The notes under the pieces were generated by a model. The model was not told the DNA's origin and did no database searches. It was given only the letters and a program-made list of their open reading frames with translations. A stretch of 64,000 nucleotides of DNA from Hypanus sabinus (taxonomy: Eukaryota), in assembly GCF_030144855.1 (NCBI RefSeq), contig NC_082715.1, positions 135,098,001-135,162,000 of the forward strand, read 5' to 3'. This document shows, piece after piece, positions 23,290-33,973 of the stretch (positions are counted from its first letter, which is position 1; every line of letters begins with the position of its first letter). The translations under genes were made by a program, and so were the position numbers.

Positions 23290-26200
23290 GGAGCTGGATG
23301 AACTACGGATCATTCGGGAGGCAGAGGCAGAGATAGATAGGAGTTATCAGGAGGTAGTCACACCAAAAATCCAAGAAGTAGACAGATGGGAGAGGCAGAG
23401 AGAGCAGAGCACCCCTGCGGCCATTCCCATTAACAATAAGTATACCGTACTGGATACTGTTGATGAGGATGACCTACCAGGAATGAGTTGTAGTGGTCCT
23501 GCCTCTGGCACAGAGGTTGAACCCTCAACTAGAAAGGGGAGGAGTGAAGAGAAGAGAGCGATAGTTTTAGGGGATTCTATAGTCAAGGGGGCAGATAGGA
23601 GATTTTGTGGGGCAGATCGGGAGTCTCGGATGGAATGATGCCTCCCTGGTACCTGGGTCCGGGACATCTCAGATCGGGTGCAGCCTATTCTTGAGAACGA
23701 GGGCATGAACCCAGATGTAGTGGTCCATGTAGAGACCAACGATGTAGGTAAGGTGAGTGAGGGGGTCCTGCTTAGAGAGTTCAGGGAGTTAGGAGTGAAG
23801 CTGAAAGGCAGGACCTCCAGGGTTACAATCTCGGGATTGCTACCTGTGCCACGTGCGAGTGAGGCGAAGAATAGAATGATTATGCACATTAATACGAGGC
23901 TGAGAGCATGGTGCAGGAAGGAAGGGTTCAGGTTTTTGGATAATTGGTCTTTGTTCCAGGGACATTGGGATCTGTTTCGAAGGGATGGTCTACATCTGAA
24001 CCGGAGGGGTACTAACATTCTTGCAGGAGTATTTGCCAGTGCTGCTCGGGGGGGGGGGGGGGGTTTAAACTAGATGTGCAGGGGGCAGGGATCCAGATCC
24101 AGAGGGTTGGTCAGAAGGTGCATGGGGTTAAATGTGTACAAGGTTTGGGTGATCTTGAGAAGGTCATCAAAATTCAGGGTGCAATTTGCCCGATGGAAGT
24201 TCAAGGAGCTGGGTTAGGTACAGTAGACAGTGTTTTAAGCAAAGAGAGGAGGAATGGGCTAAGAATTCTATACTTGAATGCGTGTAGTGTCAGAAATAAG
24301 ACAGATGAGCTTGAAGCTCAGATGAAAATGGGGAGCTACGATATTGTTGGGATAACGGAGACATGGCTGCAAGGGGATCAGGCCTGGGAATTGAGTGTAC
24401 CAGGGTATACGTGCTATCGTAGAGACAGAAATATGGGAAGAGGGGGTGGGGTGGCCCTGTTGGTGAGGAATGAGATTCAGTCCTTAGCAAGAGGTGACTT
24501 GGGAACAGGGGAAGTAGAGTCTGTGTGGATTGAGCTGAGGAACAGTAAGGGTAAAAAGACCCTAATGGGTGTTGTGTACAGGCCCCCAAACAGTAGTGTG
24601 GATATTGGGTACAAGTTGATTAGGCACATTGGCATGTGCTAAAGGTAATGCAGTCGTTTTGGGAGATTTCAACATGGAGGTGAACTGGGAGAATCAGGTA
24701 GGTGCTGGGCCCCAGGATAGGGAGTTTGTGGAGTGTCTAAGGGATGTATTTTTGGAACAGCTTGTGCTTGAGCCAACCAGGAACGAGGCTATTTTGGACT
24801 TGGTGATGTGTAATGAACAGGAATTGACAAGTGATCTTGAAGTAAAGGAGCCATTAGGAAGTAGTGATCATAACATGATAAGTTTTTATCTACAATTTGA
24901 GAGGGATAAGGGCAGATCAGAGGTGTCAGTGTTGCAATTAAATAAAGGAGACTATGGAGCCATGAGGGAAGAGCTGGCAAAAGTTAAATGGGCGGATGCC
25001 CTGGCAGGAAAATCAGTGGATCAGCAGTGGCAGATGTTCTTGGGGATAATACAAAAGATGCAAAAGCAGTTCATTCCAATGAGAAGGAAGGATTCAAAGA
25101 GGGGGAAGGGGCCACAGTGGTTGACAAAGGAAGTCAGAGATTGTATAGCATTAAAGAAAAAGAAGTATGACAAGGCTAAGATGAGTGGGAATACAGATGA
25201 TTGGGAAAGTTTTAAGGAACAGCAGATCTTAACTAAAAAAGCAATACGGAGAGAAAAAAATCAGGTATGAGCTCAGTCTAGCCAGGAATATAAAAGGGGA
25301 TAGCAAAAGCTTTTTTAGCTATGTGAAGAGAAAGAAGATAGTTAAGAACAATGTTGGCCCCTTGAAGAATGAATTGGGAGAAATTGTTTATGGGAAACAG
25401 GGAAATGGCAACAGAATTTAATGCGTACTTTAGATCTGTCTTCACCAGGAAGGACACAAGCAATCTCCCAGATGTATGGATGGGCCAGGGTCATAAGATA
25501 TCAGAGGAATTGAGACAGATTGACATTAGGAAAGAAACTGTGACGAGTAGACTGGTAGGACTGAAGGCTAATAAATCCCCAGGTCCAGATGGTCTGCATC
25601 TGAGGGTTCTAAAAGAGATGGCTCAGGAAATTGCGGATGCATTGGTAATCATTTTCCAATGTTCCTTAGATTCAGGATCAGTTCCTGAAGATTGGAGATT
25701 GGCTAATGTTATCCCACTTTTCAAGAAGGGAGGGAAGGAGAAAACAGAGAACTATCCTAGCCTAACGTCAGTCGTGGGGAAGATGCTTGAGTCCATTATT
25801 AAGGACAAAATAGTGGCATATCTTGATGGCAGTAATAGGATTAGGCCGAGCCAGCATGGATTTACCAAGGGCAAATCATGCTTGACTAATCTGTTGCAGT
25901 TTTTTGAGGGTGTAACAGGGATGTTAGACGAGGGTAAGCCAGTGGATGTTGTGTACCTAGATTTTCAGAAGGCATTCGATAAGGTGCCACATAGGAGATT
26001 GGTGAGTAAAATCAGAGCTCATGGCATTGGGGGCAGGGTTTCAACATGGGTAGAAAACTGGTTGGCAGATAGAAAGCAAAGGGCAGCAGTGAATGGATGT
26101 TTCTCGGACTGGCTGGAGGTGACTAGTGGGGTACCCCAGGGCTCTGTATTGGGACCACAGCTCTTTACGATTTATGTCAATGATTTAGATGAGGGCATTG

Positions 26201-27151
26201 AAAACTATATCAGCAAGTTTGCTGACGATACTAAACTGGGTGGCAGTGTGACATGCGAAGAGGGCGTTAGGAGAATACAGGGAGACTTGGATAGGCTGGG
26301 TGAGTGGGCAAATACTTGGCAGATGTCATTCAAAGTGAATAAATGTGAAGTTATCCACTTTGGAAGCTGGAACAAGAGGGCAGAGTATTATCTGAACGGT
26401 GTAGAGTTAGGTAAGGGAGAGATGCAAAGAGACCGAGGAGTCATAGTTCATCAGTCAATGAAGGTGAATGAGCAAGTGCAACAGGCAGTGAAGAGGGCAA
26501 ATGGAATGTTGGCCTTTATTACAAGGGGAATTGAGTTCAAGAGCAAGGATGTCCTTTTGCATTTGTATGGGGCCCTGGTGAGACCACACCTAGAATATTG
26601 TGTACAGTTTTGGTCTCCAGGTTTGAGGAAGGACATTCTGGCAATTGAGGAAGTGCAGCGTAGATTCACTAGGTTGATTCCTGGGATGGCAGGGCTGTCT
26701 TACGCAGAGAGATTGGAGAGATTGGGCTTGTACACACTGGAATTGAGGAGATTGAGAGGGGATCTGATTGAAACGTTTAAGATAATTAAAGGATTTGATA
26801 GGATTGAGGCAGGAAATATGTTCCAGATGTTGGGAGAGTCCAGTACCAGAGGGCATGGATTGAGAATAAGAGGTCAGTTATTTAAAACAGAGTTGAGGAA
26901 GAACTTCTTCTCCCAGGGAGTTGTGGAGGTGTGGAATGCACTGCCTCGGAAGATGGTGGAGGCCAATTCTCTGGATGCTTTCAAGAAGGAGCTAGATAGA
27001 TATCTGATGGATAGATAGGGGAATCAAGGGATATGGGGACAAGGCAGGGACTGGGTATTGATAGTGAATGATCAGCCATGATCTCAGAATGGCGGTGCAG
27101 ACTCGAGGGGCCAAATGGTCTCCTTCTGCTCCTATTGTCTTTTGTCTTTTT
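23290..27151 (+). mobile_element. 5'-truncated young CR1 LINE, copy 2, in ZNF-2 intron 1
   Basis: Nearly identical to 7642-11524, with ORF2 frameshifted. Flanks CTACCG / GAATTC rejoin to match the empty paralogous site GATACCAAATTCC at ~16006-16018. Confidence 0.95.
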
Positions 27152-27279
27152 GAATTCTAGGGATTAGGGACTGGGAACAAAAATTGGAGATTTAATCTCC
27201 AATGAGGAATCATCTTCCAGTCTCTGAAAATGCCAGTAAGGGCTGTATGGAGAAATAGAACAAAATCCTCCCATCAGCT

Positions 27280-29200
27280 TTAGAACATAGAAGTGTACTG
27301 CAGAGGAACAGGCCATTCTACTCACATTATCCTGCCAAACCGGCTAGAAAGCAAATCAAAGTCACCTAAATCCCTCTACATACACCATGTCCATATCCCT
27401 CCCTCCATCATTCTATCTATGTGTGCATCCAAACTTCTCTTAAAAGCCCCTGTTGTATTTGTCTCTATCACCGTACTTGGCAGTGCATTCCAGGCATCCA
27501 TGACTCTGAGTAAAAAATTTATTCCTCCCAACCCCCATTAACCTACCCCCTCTCACCTTCAATGCACGCCCTCTGGAAGTTGACATTTGACATTTCAACC
27601 CTGGGAAACACATAGCCCCTGTCCAGTCTATCTATGCCTCTCATAATCTTATAAAGATGTATCGAATCTCCCCTGAGCCTCCAACACTCCAGAGAAACCA
27701 ACCCAAGTTTATCAATCCTCTTGTGATAGTACATGCTTTCTGAACCAGGCAGCATTGTGGTGAACTACTTCTGCACCCTCTCCAAAGCCTCAACATTAAA
27801 TTGAATTGAATTTTGGTTTATTGTCATTTAGATACCACAACTGCAATGCAGCGTGCCTTAAAAAATGAAACAACGTTCCTCTAGAATGATATCACAAAAG
27901 CACACGACAACCAGACTACACCAGAAAATCCATGTAACATTTGGCAATCCCAAATCTAGAGTCTGGAAATGCTGCCTAAAGTTGGGTAACCAGAATTGTA
28001 CTCCAGATATGGCCAAACCAAAGTTTTATAAAGTTGCAACATAATGTACTGACTCTAGAACTCTGTGCCTCAACTAATAAAAGCAAGCATTCCATAAGCC
28101 TTCTTAACCACCTTGCCAACCTGTGAAGACACTTTCAAGAAGCTATGAACTTGGATCCCAAGATCTCTCTGCTCAGCAACACCATTGAGGGTCTTGCCCT
28201 TAATAGTGTACTGTATCCTTATATTTGCCTATCAATGCCTCACATTTATCTGGGTGAAACTCCATCTGCCATTTCTCAGCCCATATCTGCAACTGATCAA
28301 CATTGTACTCTGTTCTTTGCCAGTCTTCTTCACTATACACAACTTCATTAATCTTAGTGTCATCTGCAAATTTACTAACCCACTCATCAATATTTTCCAC
28401 CAGGTCAACAGCAGAAATCCCAGCACCGATCCCTGTGGAACACCACTAATTACAGACCTCCAGCTTGAATAAGTCACTTCAACTATTACCCTCTGCCTTC
28501 CATGTGCAAACCTGTTGTGAATCTAAACAGCCAACTTGCTGCAGATCCCATGCATTTTAATCTTCTGGGTTAGCCTCCCATGAGGGACTTTGTCAAAGGC
28601 CTTACTGAAATCCATGTAGACAACATCCACTGCCCTACTACACTCATTAATCTCTTTCATCACCTTGTCAAAAACCTCAAATCAAGCTGGCTCTCCCTAA
28701 TTAGGCCATGGGTTTCCAAATGCTTATATATCTTATCCTTAAGAATTTTCTATAGCAATTTCCCTACAACTGACGTGAGACTCATTGGTCTGCGTTTGCC
28801 AGGATTCTCCCTTGTTCCCTTCTTAAGTAGAGGTACATCATCAGCCAATCTCCAGTCTCCAGGTCTCGCCTGTTGCTAGAGAGGACACAAAAATGCTGGT
28901 TAAGGGCACCTTTAGTAACTTGGGGCAAATCCCATCAGGCCCTGCGGATTAATCCACCTTAATAGCCATTAGGAGTCCCAAAACTTCCTCTTCTTTGATC
29001 TCTGAAACTCCAAACATATTTATACACATGACATTGATCTTCTGGTCCTTCCTATCCTTTTCCTTAGGAAATGCAGGAAGTACTCATTAAGTACCACACT
29101 CACATTTTCTGCTTCCAGGCAGATATTCCCCCCTTTATCCTTACAGACACACCCTCTCCCAGGTTATCTTTTTACTCTTCATGTGTGTAGAGAATGAAAA
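27280..29200 (-). mobile_element. old CR1 remnant in ZNF-2 intron, with a ~177-bp short insertion at 27798-27974
   Basis: Paralog of 16060-17630; the insertion is absent at ~16575. Confidence 0.8.
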
Positions 29201-30811
29201 AGGACCTATTATGTCCTGGTGTGTATGATGACTATGTTCTTGTTCTTAACCGACGTTTTGATGACAACCCCCCCTCCCCTGTTGTCCATTCTTCCTGATT
29301 GGTTAGTCCTTTCCAATCAGCTTTCTGCTGTCCCACTTTATTTACAATTGAATTTCAGTTCTTACTTAAGAGTGAGACCCTCATCTTTGTTAAAATTCTT
29401 CTTTTCTAGTTTGATTTCAATAGCTGGCTTAGCTAGGCAGTCCCAAAAGCGATTGGCGTGACGCAGTAGTTTTGTGCCCTCAAAGTTAATCCTATGGCCG
29501 TTGCCATCTTCGTCCACTTTTCCTGTACTCTGTGCAATTGATCTTTAAACACCCTCCACATGTCTGATGTGGACTTGCCAGAATAATGGTGTTCCCAATC
29601 AAATCTTAGTTCCTGCCCAATGCCCTCATAGTTTGTCCTACTGCAATTTAAAACTCCGACAAGGACCATACCTATCCTTATCTATAGCTATCCTGAAATA
29701 TAAGGAGCTGTCGCCTCTGTTCCCGAACCGTTCATCCACTGAAAGGTCAGTCACCTGGCCAGGCTCATTATCCAACACTAGGTCCTGTTATGACCCTCCT
29801 CTTGTTGATTTAGCTTTAGTTCTTGAGAATATCTTTTTTGCTCTGCCTTCTCTTAGTCTGGACCTTTTTACTTCTGAGAACGTGTTTTACCCCACTCTCT
29901 CTGGGTATTTCAAAAATTTCAATATTCATTGGCATTGCTGAGTTCACCACTATCAATTACTTGAGGGGGAGGGGTTCAGAATAACTAGAAAGTGTCCAGA
30001 TCAGCCATGTAATATCATGTATTCTTTGTAGTCCTGTGGGACTTGACCAGAACTTGAAATAATACTAATGCAGGCAGACTGAGCCAAGTCACAGGTTGAA
30101 GTTGGGCAGATATGGCCCATTCTGATACGGACAGAAAAACAGTCAGAGAATTTGATGGTCAGTCCAGATGACTGATCTCCGCCCAGTTAGAAGAGGAGGA
30201 GTGTTCCTTCAATGTGGGTTGAATTTCGCAGTTACAGTGTGATGTCAGAGGTCACCGTAAGGACTAAAATTATCACATCTAAAATGCTGTCCTTCACCAA
30301 CTGATGTCTTTTATAAATCTTACAGGGTTAGAAATGGTGAAGTTGTGAACGGGAATCTCAAACTCGAGCACCTCAGGTTTGCTGCGTCTGTGCAGATTTT
30401 AAGGAGTGACCAGATATTTCCTCTGTACCACCAATATATTTATTGCGATCGTTGGAGATGAAGAACTATTACATTCCAGCTGGGAATGTGCTTTGTGACT
30501 GAGATGAAGATTTTTGTTGTGACTCAGTGAAATCCACTAGAACTGACGTGCTGAGAACACTAGGTCTTCAACTGCATTGATTGTACAAGGGAGTCACTAC
30601 GTCAATCATCTGACTTAATGAATTGCTAGAGAATTGACAGTAGGGAGATATCATTCTCGTTCTGTCACGTGGAAGGGATTCACTCAGTTATCTGACCAAC
30701 TGTTCTCACTGTTCAGTTCACCTTGGAGAGAGGCTGTTCACCTCAGAATGTGGGAAGGAATCCATTAAGTCATCTGACCTACTGACACACCAATCAGTTC
30801 ACACTGGGAAA

Positions 30812-32158
30812 ATGCCGTTTACTTGCTCAGACTGTGGAAAGGGATTCTCTTTCTCATCCAACTTACAAAGACATCAGCGAGTTCACACTGGGGAGAGGCC
30901 ATTCACCTGCTCAGACTGTGGGAAGCGATTCACTAGACAATCTCACCTGCAGTCACATCAGTCAGTTCACACCGGGGAGAAACCATTCACCTGTTCAGAA
31001 TGTGGGAAGGGATTCACTCAGTCAAATGAGCTTCTCAGACACCAGTCAGTTCACACTGGGGAGTGGTTGTTCACTTGCTCAGATTGCGGGAAAGGATTCA
31101 ATTCGTTATCTGCTCTTCACAGACACCAGTCAGTTCACGCTGGGAAGGGGTTGTTCACCTGCTCAGATTGTGGGAAAGGATTCAATTCGTTATCTGCCCT
31201 TCACAGACACCAGTCAGTTCACACTGGGAAGGGATTGTTCACTTGCTCAGATTGTGGGAAAGGATTCTCTCGGTTATCTGAACTGAAAATACATCAGCGA
31301 GTTCACACTGGGGAGAGGCCATTCAACTGCTCAGACTGTGGGAAGCGATTCGCTAGGTCATCTCTCCTGTACAGACATCAGCGAATTCACACTGGGGAGA
31401 GGCCATTCACCTGCTCCGTGTGTGGGAAAGGGTTTGCTCGCTCATCCCACCTAAAGAGACATGAATCAACTCACAGTGTGAAGAAACCATTCACCTGCTC
31501 AGACTGTGGAAAGGGATTTTCCCAATCATCAGACCTACTGACACACCAGTCAGTTCACACGGGAGAGTGGTTGTTCACCTGCTCAGATTGTGGGAAAGGA
31601 TTCATCTCGTCATCTCAACTGAAAACACATCAGCGAGTTCACACTGGGGAGAAGCCGTTCACCTGCTCAGACTGTGGGAAGGGATTCGCTCAGTTATCCA
31701 CCCTACAGGCACACCGGCGACTTCACTCTGGGGAGAAACCATTCACCTGCTCAGACTGTGGTAAGCAATTCACTCAGATAACCAGGCTGCAGACACACCT
31801 GCGAGTTCACACTGGTGAGAGGCCGTTCTCCTGCTCTGAATGTGGAAAAGGATTCAGTCGGTTTTCTGAACTGAAAATACATCAGCGAGTTCACACTGGG
31901 GAGAGGCCATTCACCTGCTCAGACTGTGGGAAGCGATTCACTAGTTCATCTCTCCTGTACAGACACCAGCGAGTTCACACTGGGGAGAGACCATTCACCT
32001 GCTCCGTGTGTGGGAAAGGGTTTGCTCGAACATCCCACCTACAGAGACATGAGTCAACTCACAGTGTGAAGAAACCATTCACCTGCTCAGACTGTGGAAA
32101 GGGATTTTCCGAATCATCAGACCTACTGACACACCAGTCAGTTCACACGGGAGAGTAG
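30812..32158 (+). CDS. tandem C2H2 zinc-finger protein ZNF-2, 16 fingers, no effector domain
   Basis: 448 aa with 16 intact fingers; acceptor at 30325; ends at TAG 32156-32158 where sister linkers have TGG (TGEW). Confidence 0.92.
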   Translation: MPFTCSDCGKGFSFSSNLQRHQRVHTGERPFTCSDCGKRFTRQSHLQSHQSVHTGEKPFTCSECGKGFTQSNELLRHQSVHTGEWLFTCSDCGKGFNSLSALHRHQSVHAGKGLFTCSDCGKGFNSLSALHRHQSVHTGKGLFTCSDCGKGFSRLSELKIHQRVHTGERPFNCSDCGKRFARSSLLYRHQRIHTGERPFTCSVCGKGFARSSHLKRHESTHSVKKPFTCSDCGKGFSQSSDLLTHQSVHTGEWLFTCSDCGKGFISSSQLKTHQRVHTGEKPFTCSDCGKGFAQLSTLQAHRRLHSGEKPFTCSDCGKQFTQITRLQTHLRVHTGERPFSCSECGKGFSRFSELKIHQRVHTGERPFTCSDCGKRFTSSSLLYRHQRVHTGERPFTCSVCGKGFARTSHLQRHESTHSVKKPFTCSDCGKGFSESSDLLTHQSVHTGE

Positions 32159-32437
32159 TTGTTCACCTGCTCAGACTGTGGGAAGGGATTCGCTGAGTTA
32201 TCCACCTTCCAGGCACACCAGCGACTTCACTCTGGGGAGAAACCATTCACCTGCTCAGACTGTGGTAAGCAATTCACTGAGATAACCAGGCTGCAGACAC
32301 ACCTGCAAGTTCACACTGGTGAAAGGCTGTTCTGCTCTGAATGTGGGAAGCTATTCAGTCGGACATCCGAACTTACGAAACACTACCGAGTTCACAGAGA
32401 GGACACAATTTTAATATGCCTCATGCTGGATATTTAA
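32159..32437 (+). pseudogene. three further in-frame fingers (17-19) cut off by the TAG
   Basis: Same frame. The last finger [12 protein letters not shown] equals the last finger of ZNF-1. Shows L>F at the conserved Leu and a one-codon deletion. Confidence 0.85.
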
Positions 32438-33790
32438 CCATCAAATTTGCTGAAGTCAGAGACGAATTCAAAAGAGACTGTTGGTGTTGAACTCCAGTAA
32501 TTTTTGCTGCTGCTTATCACATCCAGTTCTACATCCTGGCCTCTGGAACTGAGAGGAGTTTCTTCTGCTGATGTTCACCTTTAATCCTTTAATGGGAGTG
32601 GAAATTAATTTTCTGGATACATTATTAATAAATCATTTGTATTTTAAACTTTGCCTCAGGTACTTGCTGGATTTACAACTCACCCCATGTACAGTAGACA
32701 GGCAGCTCAGTCCAGCTAGACCCTTCCAGTGTTTCTGTTCCATGATAATCCTTTTAAATCCATCCTGCTGTTCACCTCTCACTCGCTCTTTGGTGATGGG
32801 TTCCAGACAGTCTCCACCATGGCTGAAGAAGTTTCCCATGAATTTCCTGCATGACTATCTGCAGACCGAAGAAGAAGACAAACTGACTGCAGTTATGTTT
32901 CTGTCTCAGATCTCTTGCCTGAGGAAGAATATCCTTGTTGGCCAGAAGGGACTACAGTCTACAAATTATTGGATTTGAATGAATCAAGGACAGTGGAAGT
33001 AGACAAAAAGAACAACCGTCTACAAATCAGTGGATTCAGATGACTCAGGACAGAAGTAGCAGACAATCCAAATGTCTCTGTTTTCCATCATTTTGTGAAC
33101 TCTGAACTGATACTTGCTCGGGGATAATCTAATCAGAGCAATTGAATGTGGACATAAGGAGGTTCAAGTGATGACCTAGTGAATCTGAGATCATTCTCAG
33201 ACAAGTAGCTATTTATTAAGTAAAGTTCTAGTCCTACTAAAGAAGCAATCTGTAATCATGTTAAATTGAGTGTTTGGGTCAACTCGTTTAACTGGTTTGG
33301 ACCAGTCAGAGTTGAAAGGCACAAACACACAAAGATGGGAGGGGCATTAACCATGGAACAACATTGGTTGTAGCCCTAGACTAGAGCCAGTAAGAAGGTG
33401 ACCAAAGTAGGTCAGGTGACTTTGAGCCAATGGGATGGAAATCCATTCATTCAACTGATGAAGGAAACTATAAGAATCTGGAGCTCCAAATGCAAAATGG
33501 TGATAACTCTCCAGCAACCAGAGACCAACTATCATGGATGACAAGGGCGCCACAGACATGTGAGATTGGGACCACAAGGAACACCTGTCCAGCATAGACT
33601 CCTTTACTGGGTAATACCTTTTCTCTTAATTGACTGTTCATGGAGGGTCAGGGAATTCTAGTGGATATGCATACAGTTAGCTAGATTATGAACCACGTGT
33701 TCTTTAGTTGAGACAATAAAGGCTACTTCTTGGTAAATACAGATTCTCTCTGACTCTCTCTTCGGTATTATAAGATCTGTATAATAAAAT

Positions 33791-33811
33791 TGGCATCCCT
33801 GATGGTGGCTC
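33791..33811 (+). promoter_or_regulatory. ERV primer-binding site, tRNA-Asn-like
   Basis: TGGCATCCCTGATGGTGGCTC, 4 nt after the LTR, versus the tRNA-Asn complement TGGCGTCCCTGGGTGGGCTC. Confidence 0.6.
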
Positions 33812-33973
33812 AAGGATAAATCTTTCTCTTCATTTGTCGGGTCATGAAGGTAGGTAGTTAGAAGTTACTAACCCACATGAAAACCTCAAGGAAAATCTGC
33901 AAGCTCAAAGGTCTTGGGTTGTTTTGATTGGAAGGGATTCCTCTAGAAATTTGTGTTGAGGAAGTGGCCACAA

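Noticed and set aside
30812-32437. 84-bp periodic repeats as a CRISPR-like or satellite array
   Set aside because: They are in-frame C2H2 finger codons in a eukaryotic gene.
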